This document shows, in pieces, positions 33,836 to 46,219 of a stretch of DNA of 64,000 nucleotides. Position 1 is the first letter of the stretch. Every line of letters starts with the position of its first letter. A model generated the notes under the pieces. That model had not been told where the DNA came from and did not search any database. It was given only the letters and a program-made list of their open reading frames with translations. The stretch lies in the NCBI RefSeq assembly GCF_018350175.1, contig NC_058382.1, positions 17,918,001-17,982,000 on the forward strand. The letters are read 5' to 3'. The DNA is from Felis catus (lineage: Eukaryota). Made by a program: the position numbers and the translations under genes.

Positions 33836-36800
33836 GTGACAACCCAGGGAATGAAGTCCGCGTGTCTGGAGGATCTGGGGGTCAGGTAAGAGCCAAACTT
33901 GGGACTGTGCCCACCCCTGCTCAGCCCCAACTCCGTCTGTGGGGAGGAAACCGAATCTCCAAAATAATAATGAATGGCAAATCCCCACGTGTTGTGCCTC
34001 ACTTTATACCATGGATGGGGCGGTGAAAAATCACATAGAAACCAGTCCTTTTAGAAACGTCATCATTTCAAATGACCTACACCCACCTGGCCAACAAACA
34101 GAGTCCCGTGACCTCTTTGACAGCGTTGGAAACCGTGTGTCGAAAGCGTGCGCTTCCCTCCTGGTTGTTCTGGAAATCTGGGCTTTCTGTCAGCACCTGC
34201 AGCACTGACAAGAGGAAGTGTTACGCTAAGGTCCCCACCAATCACCTACGTTCTTGTGAAAATGCAGGTTCTGAGTCAGCAGGCCTGGGGTGGGGCTGAG
34301 ATTCTGGTTTCTATCAGGTTCTGGGCAAAGCAGATGGGGCTCGACTGTGGCTGGTGTGAGCGCGGCCGACCATCGGGGAGAAGGCTCCCTGAATAACAGG
34401 CTCTTCGGACATTAGAGATGCTGACCTCGATGGGTAGACAGGTGTCAGAAAAGCTCCCAGCCTGTAATTCTGTCTCTAGTTTTTTATGTAGCAAAGTCTT
34501 AAATATGTAGTCAAACATATCAGTCTTTTGAGAACACGAAGGCTTTTCTTTTCTTCTAGAACTACTTCTATAATTTCGTTGTTTCTATTTAACTCTTTCA
34601 TCCATCTGGACTTGACTTTGCTGTATACAATCTAGTCCAGCTCCTCAGATCACCTGGACTTAACCCACACTTTGGATCAGAGCTGTGTGCTCTCTTATGA
34701 GGGGAAAATCAGATAAAAACAGAAGGGAGGGAACCAGTGAGGTGTAACTGTCCCCCTTACACCCCCCGAATACCGAACTGGTGTTCCCAGCTGTGTGCAC
34801 TGATTTTGGGAGAGCTTCTGCGGGGGTTGTACTTTTTTTTTTTTTAAGTCTATTTATTTATTTTGAGGGAGAAAGTGTGAGTGGGGGAGGGGAGAGAGAC
34901 GCAGAGCATAGGTGGGGGAAGGGCAGAGAGAGAGGGGGGACACAGAATCTGAAGCGGGCTCCGGGCTCTGAGCTGTCAGCACAGGGCCCGATGAGGGGCT
35001 CGAACCCGTGAACCATGAGATCATGGCCTGAACTGAAGTCGGACGCTCAACCGACTGAGCCACCCAGGCGCCGAGGGAGCTCTACTTGGTTAAACGGGCT
35101 CATCTGTGCTGGGCATGCCTTACTTTATGGCACATGAATATCTACCAGTACAGGTCCTCCCTTGCGGCCTGTCTTTTCCAGTGTTTTCTCACCTATTCTT
35201 AGACACTTACTCTCCCAGATGAATTCCAAGAATATTTTGACATGTTCCAAAAGAGAACCCCGTGAGCGTTTATAGAAGAATTGTATTAAATCGGCACCAA
35301 CATTTGCAGGGATGGACCCAAGATCTAAAACAATGACCTGTGTGTTTCGTGTCTCATCCTTCAGGGCTTCCAAGGAGGACAGGGAGGGCCCGGCAGCTCT
35401 GGTGACATCAGGGTAAGGAGATGGCAGGCCTTGAGAGTAGAGACGGGGGGCAGGAGAACGGGATGGTGATCACCTCTGCAGTAGTGATACCAACAGGGCA
35501 GATAGTCTCACGTCGCAGCCCAGTCTTGGCCTTGGCCCTGGGAATTCATCTTAGTCCCGAGGAGTGGGGGTCTGGAGGCGCCTACCTCTCACTCAGGAGG
35601 AGACAAGCCAGGCTATTTCCGGGCCTCCTCGGCTCCCACGACTCTCCAGCTAGTGTCACCCTTCTGACCAAAGCAAAACATCAGCCCAGACTGGACCCTG
35701 CAGTTTGAATCACTTTAGTCCAACGGTCTGGCTGGCTTCCACCTCAAAACCAGAGGATAATTCAGATACTTTGATGGCAAGGACCCTTCCTGGTGGATTT
35801 TGGGCAGTTTGCAGACATGAACAGAAAGAGGTGATTATGTCACCTGTAAGTATCGTAAGTGTGCGATAGCCCGGTCGACAAGAAGTTGAGGCAAGATTTT
35901 CCAGGGAAGACGGAGCTGCCTGGGGAGAAGAGCCTCTCTGGGGGTCCCGGGAAATCTCCAGTCCCCTGATTCAGGAGACCCTTGCCCACATTCTGCTCTC
36001 CTGCCCTCTCGTCCCGCATCTTCCCTGCTTCCCCACCGACTCTTCTCCATTTTCTATCTCCCCAGGAAATAAGCAAAGAAGGCAGTCACCTCGTTGGGGG
36101 CTCCCAAGGCAATTATCAGGTGAGCAGGGACAGCTTTCCGAGAAGGGATGGTGGGGGGTGGGGACAGAGTGCTAAGGGGCCGGGAAAAGAAATAGAAGCA
36201 TCTGTGTCTTCTCGCTGCTACTCTGAGTCTGTGGCGGGTAACTGTCAGGAGACCAGACGGGGGTCTGGGATCCCTGTCTCCTCCATTCATTCATTCTCTC
36301 CTTCCTTTGAATGGCCGTCAGAGCCACGTTATCACTGTGAAGGGAAGGATAGCCGGAAGTAACAGAGGGGTCAAGGGGCTGTATTTGGGAACCATACTTA
36401 AGAAGGCAGTGTTGACAAGTGGAAAGGCAGTGAATTTTGAGGTAGTAGTTGGGGGTTCAAATGACAGCTGTATCACCTGTCATCTGTGCATCTTCAGACC
36501 GGTCAATTGACCTCTCTGAGCCTGGGCCTCCTCTTGGGTCAAATGGGGCCAGCAAAGCGAGCAAACTTGCTCACCCAACCCCCCCCCCCGCCCCCACCGC
36601 CTGAGTTACTGCAGAACTTTCTGCGACCACTAAGGTGGTTCAGAATCTGGACCCTGGAGGCCAACAAGGAGACAGATCCTGAGGCAAGCTGCCGATGGCT
36701 CTGACTTTAGTTTCCTTATCTGTACAGTGGAGACATCTCCACGCAGGAACGCAGCAGGTTAAGGCACCGTGCTAGGCGCCTGGTGGATCACACGTCACAT

Positions 36801-39800
36801 ACCAGCAGTGTTTTGGGGGCAGGCTCTGCGGGGGTGTGGGGGGGGTGGCGGGCAGAGTCAGAGTATGAATATGATTCAAGGGACTGGGCAGGGTTATTCT
36901 AGGAAGTGGCAAATAGTCCAGGAAGGGGGGCTTCCTAGCTGCTGTGTGAAAAAGAAGAGAAGGTGGCTTTACAGAGAGTACACAGAGCTTGAGCCAAGGC
37001 AGAGGTGGTGAGCCAGGAGCAGGTGGCCAGGTGGCACGCGTGACCGGAGGCACAGGCTTTGAAAATCAGTCCCCCTTCCTACCCAGTGGCAAGGGTCCGG
37101 TGGTGAAGCTGTCAGTGGGATCAATACCTTGGTGAGTGGAGGCATCACCCCACCTTGGGTCCGGACCGTGGTGTCAGGCAACCCACGGGTCCCCTCCTGA
37201 GCCCCAGAGCGCCTGCCCCTGCCTCTGGCTCACAAGCCGGCTTCCCACTCTCATCCCATTTCTCCCCGATGCCTTAGAACTCTCAGACATCTCCTGGGCT
37301 CTTCAACTTCGACACTTTCTGGAAGGTGAGTTCGGCCAGGTGGCTCTGCTCACTCTGTTGGCAAGGCAAACCCCTGTCCCTCTGCCCCGCAGGCTGAGGT
37401 CCTCTTTCCATAACCAAACGCCCTGTCAGTGGTGGACCTTGACCTCTCCTGCCCCGAGGCCCTGAGCCAATCGCATTATGACCCAATTTGCCATTTTCCT
37501 TTTTTTTTTTTTTCCCTCTGCAGAATTTTAAATCCAAGCTGGGTTTCATTAACTGGGATGCCATAAACAAGGTAAGGGCTGGAAGGCTATGCCATTCCGA
37601 TCCCCAGGGGAGAGGGGACTGGAGAAGAGGTGTGGGGACCTGGGGAGATGATGGTGGCCACTAAGGGAGCGTTTTGTCCAGTGCTTAAAAAGAGGGACAG
37701 GAATGACGAGGAAGGACAGGGGGTGGGCTGGGAGTCGGGGATGAGGGAGTGCCTCTTTCGGGTCTCAAGCAGAGGGAAGCTTGAGCTTCTCTGAAGCTCA
37801 GTTTCCCCTTCGAGACCTGGAAGGTTAAGGGGAGCGAGAAGAGGCCTAGTCCTCGGGAAACCGGAGAGGCCGCAGAGGCCGGGTAGGCGGCGAACTGCAC
37901 CTTAGTCGGGAGGACCGGGAGGGAGGACCGCCGGCTGAGAGAGGAGGGAGTGTGTACCAGGTGCCTGCTAGGGGCCAGGCGTGCTGGGCTCCAGGCCCGC
38001 GTGATCTTAGGAGGCGCTTGGGGCCCTGAACCCCCTTCTGCTTCCTCCCTGCCCACGCCTTCCACGTTCAGGGGACCCCCTGGCAGGTTGATTTGACACC
38101 CGAATAGCAGAGGCAGATAAACAACCCACACAAATACCAAAGGCAGAATTTGCAAATGACGGTCGAGCCGGTGTGCTTTGTTTGATCCACTTTTTTTTTT
38201 TTAATTACATGTTTATTGAGAGAGAGAAAGAGAGAGCTCTCGCGTGCGCGCCCGTGAGAGCGTGAGCGGGGCAAGAGCAGAGAGAGAGGGAGAGGGAGAA
38301 TCCCAAGGAGGCTCCACAGTCAGCATGGAGCCCAATGTGGGGCTGGATCTCACCAACCATGAGATCATGACCTGAGCCAAAATCAAGAGTCGGACGCTTA
38401 GCCGACTGAGCCATCCAGGTGCCCGGTGATCTATTCTTTTTTTTTTTTTTTTTTTTAAAGCATTATGAACTAGTTGCCAAAGTTTAAAAACTGAGAGATT
38501 TTACAAAAATGACTTGGAATTCCGGCTTCTCTTGAAAAATGTGGCACCGCGGGGCCCCTCTTTCCTCGAGCTCCCAGAGACAAGAGCTGAGTGGCCACTG
38601 CTTCTTGGGGGGGGGGAGGGGCTTGTTCTCCAGGAGCCACAGGCCCCCTGCCTGTCACAGTCTCCGAGTTCCCGACCTGTAACACAACAGAAACAAGGCG
38701 AGGGCCCCTAACCTCTAAAACTGGCAGGGGAACCGAGGTGGCGGTGGCGGTAGGCAGGGAGGCGAGGACAGAGCCCCGCCCTCAGCAAGTCCAAGTCTGC
38801 CCCCTGGGGAATAAGGTGGGACAGTGAAAGATACAAGGAGGCAGAAGGTCCCAGGGGCAGCGCGGTTCTGGTTTGGATGAACCGCAGGAGCAAACGGACT
38901 GTTTCTGTTTTATAGAGAAACAGCCCCCGCCAACCCCCAACCCCTCTCACGGGGAACTTGGGCCCAGAGGCACATGCTCATACTTCCCCGGGTCCTGGAA
39001 GGCAGTCGACATTCTTGCACATCTAGGGGGCCGGTAAAAGGAGAGCGCTCACAGTTAGGCAGGATCCATCTGGGGCGGCTTCCCCAGGAGCAGGTCTAGG
39101 AAGAAGGGCAGGACAGAGATGGGCAGAGAAGAGAACAGAGAGCCCATCTCCTTCACAAGGAGGGCCAGACTGACCAGTGACGACAAGGAGAATATACGTA
39201 ACAGTTCTGGGCACGTAGGAGGTTTTCAAGCCCAACTGGAATATCCAGATTTGACTGGATGACAGCCGTGGGCAAAAAGATCCCTGCGGATTTCAGCAGC
39301 GGAGGCCCGATCCACCCCTGACTTGGCCCACTACGGCCTGATTCGTATTCCTTGAGCTCCCTCTTAGAACTTATTTCTCTGCCCAGGACCAGAGGAGCTT
39401 TCGCACCCCGTGACCTCCAGACAAGGAGCTACCAGATGGATGGGAGCCCCCCTCCCATCCCTTCTTAAAACATCGCTATCCCACCGTTAATCTCAACCCT
39501 TACCCTCGAAATAAACCTTAGCTGCCCCACACTCCTGGTCTCTGCTCCTTTCTTATGTCTCCACTGTTGTTCCCCAGGGTGCGGGAGGGGGGTGTCTGGA
39601 AGGATCAAAGTGCAGCTCTCAGCTTTGGGAAATGGGCTGGAGGCGGAAGGGAAGGTAAAAAGGCGGGAAGTTCTGGGGACAGGTCCTGGTCCTGAGGTCC
39701 TGAGTTCTGGCAGAGGCTGGGGGAACAGGGATAGTCAAGAGCATGCCGTATGCGCCTGGGGAGGGGAGCTGGTTAGTGGCGCCCGAGAGCTAGCCTTTCT

Positions 39801-42800
39801 CTCCCTCTGCTTCCAAAAGCCATTTTCTGGTGTCCCTGAAGACACCCGGCTTCCCTCAAACCTTAGTCACGATGAAATTCTGAAGACCGAGCAGCGGTGG
39901 TAGCGGGAACAGGGGCCTAGGTGAGCAGGGGGCCGGGCTCCGTGCTAACCTGCACCCCGCCTTTCCTCTACAGGGCCAAGTCCCGTCCCCCAGCACGCGG
40001 GCCCTCCTCTACTTCAGCCGGCTCTGGGAGGTAGGAGACCTCTCACTTTTCAAAGAACTGGGGATCCTGGTCATCTGTCCCCGTCGCCACCTCCCTCCAG
40101 CTCCAGCCCACTGTCACAAAATTCACCCTCTTTTCACTTTTGAGATAGTAATCTCACCCCAATACCAGAAGCGCCAACACCCTCAGACTCCCCTGTGCTT
40201 ATTTTCATCTAACCCCCGAGCCGCACCCAGGCTCCAAAACCCATTCCTGCACATCAGCCCCCAACTTCCCACCAAGCTGCAGCACTCCTGGCTGAGGCCC
40301 ACTCACCTCTTCTCCTCCCTCCAGGATTTCAAACACAACACCCCTTTCCTGAACTGGAAAGCAATTATCGAGGTAAGGGTGGCAGAACCTTTGGGGTCGG
40401 GTGCTCAGCTCTGGGGACGCGGGATCTAGGCCCTGGGCAGTGACGTGTAGACTCGGTCCCTGTTGTTCACCCTCCCTGCTGACAGCGGGTGCCTCCCTCC
40501 CTTCCCACTCTCCTCCCTTTCTGCCACGCTGAGTGGGGGTGGGTTGGGAGGGAGAAGGTATGAGTCACTGGAGAAGGAGTAGGGTGGGCGGTCCTCCCGC
40601 CGATAAAAGCTGAGGCCCAGGGCTGGGGCCTCCACAGGCCCAGGAACATGAAGCCAGCCACTGTCTCTGCTCTGCTGCTCTTCCTGCTGGGTGTGGCCTG
40701 GCTCAGGGGGAGCCACAGCTGGGTGGGTACTGCAGGGTGAGCGGGTGGCGGGGACACGAGGCGGGGAAGAGGCAGGGGCCTGGAGCTGGGGTCAACTCTC
40801 TTCACTGGAAAGGGGGCTTTAGGGAGGAAAGCTGAAAGAAAACAGGGGGCGCAGGGGGAGAAGGTCAGGTCATGGTCAAGTGCCAGCAGGTGCAGTGGGT
40901 CTGAGTATCTGGGTTCTGGGAAGGATGGGCAGGACCTCTGGGTCCTGCAGGAGGCCATACCTTGATTCTGTATGGCCGAGAGCCTTTGGGCACTGAGGCA
41001 AAGGTGCACTCACTCATGCATGTGGGCCAGGCAAGTGAGGCTGGGCAGACGGGGCCATGCGAGGGGGGAGGTCAAAGCCCTTCTGCTGTGCACAGCCACG
41101 CGCTCAGGGATGGCCAGTGTGCCATGCCATTTGATGGAAATCTGAATTTTATTTTAATTTATTTCTATTTTTTTTTTTTTATTTTAGAGAGAGAGAGAGA
41201 GCAGGGCAGAGGAAGAGAGAGAGCATGAGCAGGGCAGAGGGGCAGAGAGAGAGAGAGAGAGAGATCCTTAGGCTCCATGCTCAACACGGAGCCCAACGAG
41301 GGGCTCAATCCCACGACCCTGGGATCATGACCTGAGCCACAATCAGGGGTCTGACACTCAACTGACTGAGCCACCCAGGCGTCCCGGAAATCTGATTGCT
41401 AGTTGTTCGCAATTAATCTAGTTTAAAAATGCAGACCAAGCAAAAACTTTCTGGAGGCCTGTGGTCAAGCAGTTTGTGACCTCAATGTTGGGGCTAAGAG
41501 TGGGGCGAAAAATCAAGGGGAGTCAGGTGAGAGGAGGAACATCCTAACCCTGTGTGGGGGCAGGTGAGAGTGGGGGCTCCAGGTGGAGAAGGGATGGTCG
41601 CAGAAACGGATCTCCTCTCCTCCCGCTGAGAATTCTCCTCTCGCCTTGACTGTGGAGGGGAGACGGCCGCGCACCTGTGTCTCACCTGGCTTCACGGGCT
41701 TCCTTGTGTTTCTCCCCTTTCTCTCTGGCCCAGAGCTAATCTAATCACCCCGCTTTGCCTCCATGTGCTGAGGGTTAGAGCCCGTCCTTCCAGGAGCCCT
41801 GTGGGAACAGCGTTCCCTCGTTGGGAACAGGGATTGCGGGGCCCAAGGCAGGAGCAGGGCTTGGTGTTGGCAGAACGTGGGCTGGGCTGAGGTGCGCGCC
41901 TGCCCCAAGGAAGCCTGTGGGGGCACCGCTCGTTTGCCATCAGCCCTGCTCAGTCCCGGGCCAGTCTGCCTCAGCCCCAGCTGCACGGTGGGGGTGGTGC
42001 TGCCTCGCTCCCCCACACTCAGTGTGGAAACCTGTCCTGTATCTATCGGGGCCATCAGTTTCCTCCGGGCTCCCTGCCTTCTCTGTAGGTAGCACTGATC
42101 ATGGACCACGGACAGGGGTGCGGTGGGGTGGGCGGGGGTGGGTGCTCTGGCACGAGGGCCGAGCCTGGGCAGCAGGCTCGACTCTGGCAGGGCCGGAAAG
42201 ACCGTGGACGAGGACACCCTAACTGTGGCTCCCTCTCCCTTCCAGGGCGCCGATGCGTCATCGCTCCAGAAGAGGTCGGGCGGCGCCGGTCAGGTGAGTC
42301 CGCCCTTTTACCTGCCTTCGACGGCCCTTGGTCCCTCTCGGTCTTGTTCTCAGCGCTGGCCCATCTGAAACCCTCTCTCCTTCACACCCCCATTCTGTCG
42401 TTTTCTCAGTCTGGCACGGGATGGCAAGAGGTGGCGGCCGTAACTTCTAAGGTAAGACATCCGTCACTGGACCGCCGGGTTCAGGCCTTGGTGTCCTGCC
42501 CTCGTCTCCTAAGCGACACTTGAGGAGCTGGGAGAGGTACCGGGAAGGAGGAGGCAGGGCCATTCGGGAGACGACCGCAAAGTGAGGTGAGGCTGCGGGC
42601 TCTGGCTGGCCCGAGGAGATTCTATAGAAAAGAACGCATGACACAAGGAGGCAGGGGCTCGGGGACAGCTCTGGCCCAGGCAGGGGGGTGGGGTGTTTAT
42701 TCCACAGCAAAATGCCCTCCCCCCTCTCTCGCCCCCCGCCCCCGCCCTCCTCCCCACTCTCTGGTTTTCTTTCCGCAGCACAACTATAACCAGCAGGCAC

Positions 42801-44450
42801 ACCCTACTCCTTCTGGTGGGCAGTACTCAGCCAAGATCCCCTCTAAGGTAAGGCTCCCAAGTGCCCCGTTTCCTCACTGGGGTGGCTGCCAGGTTTAGCT
42901 GAGGCCGAATCCCGTTTGTTTTGAAAGTCTTGTCTGCGAGGAGACTCTGGCTCCCTGAGAGCACTTTGGAAGCCATGGGCGCGAAGAACACGGAATCTTC
43001 CACGGAACATTCGGTGTTCTTCACACGCACCCCCTCGGAAAAGGTTACAAGGTAGCAGTGGCTGCATTGCAGGCGGAGGAGAAAACTGGGAATGAATATC
43101 CTCTCAAAGAGGGATATAAAAGTCACATGACACACAGGAAAAGGAGCAGCCTTTGCTTTTTTTTTTTTTTTTTAATGTTTGTTTATTTTTGAGAGAGAGA
43201 GTGTGAGCGGGGGAGGGGCAGAGAGGGAGGGAGACACAGAATCCAAAGCAGGCTCCGGGCTCCGAGCTGTCAGCACAGAGCCCGACACGGGGCTCGAACC
43301 CACAGACCGTGAGATCATGACCTGAGCCGAAGTCGGACGCTTAATTGACTGAGCCTCCCAGGCGCCCCAGCAGCCTTTGCTTTTAGTGTCTGTTTCCTCC
43401 ACCTCTTTAACTGCTGATTTCGTGGAGGGTCGGGGGAGAGGGAGGCACACCAGCACTTGGGCGGGTTGGGGGCGGGGGGCTTGCCCAGAAACCTTTGGCT
43501 GGTGGGAAAATTAATGCTTCATTCCACAAAACAAGTAATAGGAAACAAACAAACACACAAACAAACCCTGAGAAGGGGCCTCTGGGTGGCTCAGTCTGTT
43601 AAGCGTCTGACTTGGTTTCAGCTCAGGTCATGATCTCAGTTTGTGAGTTCGAGCCCCACCTCGGGCTCTGTGCTGACAGTGTGGAGCCTACTTGGGATTC
43701 TCTCGCGCACTCTCTCTCTCTCAAAATAGATAAATAAACTTAAAAAAATAACAAAAAACAACGCTGAGAATTTTGTTTCATTCAGTTACAAGGAAAGCCA
43801 TCTTACAGACTCAGTAAAAGAACGTGCTAAGTACTAATTAGGCTGGTGAAAAAAAACAGGTCCTATTCCCCTCCATCTCTCAGAACGAGGAAGCCCCTGC
43901 CCTCAGGGCCAGGACTTCTACTGAGAGATCAGAAGTCACCTACTGACTGGAAGCAGGTGACAGAGCAGCCAGCGCTGCCCGTGGGTGCCCACTCGCCAAT
44001 TTCTACCCGCCCAGCGGCAGGGGGCACCCACCTTTCGGTCTGCCTGGCCGGCGTGTGCTCATCTTGGGTCAGATGTGCTCAGGCTGATGAGTCCGCTTTG
44101 AAAAAAAAGTCCGTGGGCTGAACGTCCACAGTCAGACCCAAGGACCTTTGCCAAGATCTTGGTCTGAGCCCTCCCCTGCCCTGGGGTCCCTCCTGAGCCC
44201 TGAGGACGAGGCCGAGGACACGGAGGGCCCTGTGGCGCCCCCATCGTCTCCTCTGATCTTCTCTTTGCAGGGGGTAGTCACGCCTTCTTCCTCGGTGAGT
44301 ACCAGGGCGGGGAAAACGTGGCTCTTGAGACAAAGGGTCTGAGGCCAGAGGGTGTGCAGGAGACAGGGTGACGTCCACTCAGACGTTCTCCTTGTCCCGC
44401 AGGCTTCCCGGGTGCAGCCTGGCCTGCTGCGGTGGGTGAAGTTCTGGTAG
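30665..44450 (+). CDS. DMKN: Dermokine, long beta-type form; 523 aa with all 19 exons
   Basis: Exons 30665-31042, 31300-31515, 31640-31699, 31994-32044, 32226-32396, 33509-33574, 33835-33885, 35365-35412, 36066-36119, 37087-37131, 37278-37325, 37524-37571, 39974-40030, 40325-40372, 42246-42293, 42410-42451 (likely cassette), 42779-42847, 44271-44294, 44403-44450. All are GT-AG and phase 0. Signal peptide MRLQGSLACLLLALCLGSGGA, Gly/Ser-rich middle, then FNFDTFWKNFKSKLGFINWDAINK, STRALLYFSRLWEDFK and ASRVQPGLLRWVKFW*. Confidence 0.93.
32226..32378 (+). repeat. Coding Gly/Ser repeat (ggcagcRgcggt units) in DMKN exon 5
   Basis: Direct reading; it also explains the poly-Ala and RWQQ ORFs in other frames. 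Confidence 0.92.
33801..33832. repeat. (TC)16 microsatellite forming the polypyrimidine tract of DMKN exon 7
   Basis: (TC)n is followed directly by AG|TGTGAC. Confidence 0.92.
34833..35072 (-). mobile_element. SINEC in a DMKN intron
   Basis: Head, body and poly(T). Confidence 0.9.
38191..38425 (-). mobile_element. SINEC in a DMKN intron
   Basis: Head, body and poly(T). Confidence 0.88.
39387..39413 (+). CDS. DMKN: DMKN alternative terminal exon (gamma-type C-terminus DQRSFRTP*; 420-aa product)
   Basis: Acceptor 'tttctctgcccag|GAC', phase 0, TGA stop, AATAAA at 39510-39515; resembles the recalled human gamma ending DQRSSRIP. Confidence 0.8.
   Translation, partial: DQRSFRTP
40561..40608 (+). 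promoter_or_regulatory. Internal DMKN-alpha promoter: AP-1 site, GC/KLF box, TATA-like GATAAAA
   Basis: TGAGTCA 40561-40567; GGGTGGGCGG; GATAAAA 40602-40608. Confidence 0.7.
40648..40722 (+). CDS. DMKN: DMKN-alpha first exon (signal peptide MKPATVSALLLFLLGVAWLRGSHSW), splicing to 42246; 87-101 aa product
   Basis: ATG with A at -3, hydrophobic core, phase-0 GT donor at 40723. Confidence 0.85.
41150..41385 (-). mobile_element. SINEC
   Basis: Head, body and poly(T). Confidence 0.88.
43157..43368 (-). mobile_element. SINEC
   Basis: TSD AGCAGCCTTTGCTTTT. Confidence 0.92.
43575..43750 (+). mobile_element. SINEC
   Basis: Head, body and A tail. Confidence 0.88.
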
Positions 44451-44861
44451 GTGAGTATCCGAGCGAGCCGCACAAGCCACGGTCACCCCGGGGGTGCACT
44501 GAGGTCCCGGCATCTGCTTTGTTTTGCGTGTGCCCTGTGGAGGAAGACTCATAAGGAAACGACAGAGGACACTCGGGAGCACCCTCTGAGTGCCGAGTGC
44601 GGGCCTGGCAGGAGGAGAGGTTGAGGAAGGGTCTGGGGTGACGGGTGCGGAGGAAGTGAGTGGCCAGGGCGGAGGTGGTACGAGATGACCTGGGCAGAAC
44701 CACAAAATCTGTTTCAGGGAGGAGCAAGAGCGAGGGGACCCGCAGGCGAGACAGGTGGGACGCCGCGAGATTTCGGGAGCTCCGAGACTGGATGAAGGGA
44801 CACCGGGTTTCAGCAGATTCCGGAGTAGCCACGGGCTACCCTTTGCTCTTTTCTTTTTTAG

Positions 44862-45190
44862 AAGATTATTTCCAGTCATGACCGAGGCCCCGAAAAACGT
44901 CAGTCTTCGAGGAGCCCGACCGGGCCGCGTCCCTAGCTCTCCCCTCCCTGTGTCAGGCTTGGTCTAGGTGCTGACACCTGTTTTTTCCAGGTTGGGGACC
45001 AAGTCTGTCTGTCCCTTGTATCTTGCAACCGCACTGTAGGGTCTCCGTGACCAGCAACTTCATCAGATAAACCCGCCACTTTTCTTCACCTACTCCGTTT
45101 TGTGACCTGAAGTCGGTGTGACAGTTCTTCAGAAGAAGCTTCTTCTCCTCCTGAGTTTCTTTATGGAAATAAAACCCGAATCTTGTTTCC
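44862..45190 (+). other. DMKN: Non-coding terminal exon (3'UTR) of DMKN alpha/beta, with AATAAA at 45168-45173
   Basis: The stop codon abuts a GTGAGT donor at 44451; polypyrimidine tract with TAG/AAG tandem acceptor at 44859-44864; AATAAA downstream. Confidence 0.75.
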
Positions 45191-46219
45191 CTAAGATTTC
45201 TCACACTGTATTCTTTAATGTTGTGCTGGTGGCCGGGACCAGGGAGGATGGAAGCAATTTAGGGGTAGATAACGTGGCTTCCCGCCGACAGTGGCATACC
45301 AAATGGGGGGGTGGGGTGGGGCTACTGACAAGCAGTAGCTAGCTGATACCACCGTGCCTCAGTTTCTCCGTCTGTAAAAAATCATCTTTGCCCAGTCTGT
45401 GTCCGAATGCTGTGCCCCTGAAGGTGAGGAACTCACAGGTGTTTTGCTAGCCTGAAAAGGCAACACGGAAGCGATTCACATCAGGAGGCTGGGGTAAAGA
45501 GCCTTTCAAGAGAGGAGGCCAGTCCCAGAGGGCCAGGAAGGGGGCAAGAATAGGGGCCAGGGGCCTAGCAGAGCATATGCCTCATAAACACAAGGCCTTG
45601 TCTGCCTTGTAAACACACTGAGGTGTGGATGAGGTCGTGTGCTTAGGAAGTTGTGGGCAGGAGGCTCATACCCAGTGCTTTAGCTCCGTGTCTCTGGGAG
45701 GCAGAGGGGGTGGTGGAAACTTCTACTGCATTAACGTACCAAGGAAACAGGCAGAGGTCCTTGGTGCAGGCGGAGGCCAGGCTGATCACAAGCCTATGAG
45801 CTCTGCAGACACGGCCGGAGAGTCTGTACTCAGAGTCTCTGAGCCAAAGTCTCATCCAGGCTGTAGAATGTGCCCCAATTAGGAAGTCCCCACCAATCAT
45901 CTCCCACATTCCTGCAGGGACCCAGGAAGTAAAAGAAAGACAGGAAGCTCCCTGCCAGCCTCGGTGACCCCCCCCCACCACCTCCAAGATCCCAAGTTCC
46001 CTGAGTGCATGGTCCGACTGCCTCGGTCATTGTTCCGCCCCCGCACTGACCACAGGGCCTGGCACAGGCGAGACCTCAAATAGTTGATGAATAAATAAAA
46101 GAAACCTGGCCCAAAATGGACCTGGGGAACCTGTCTTGATCAAAGCCATCTGGCTGAGAGAAAGACGAGGACTATTCCTATTTTCACGTTTGTCCTGATT
46201 TGGGGGCTACTGCTTTATA

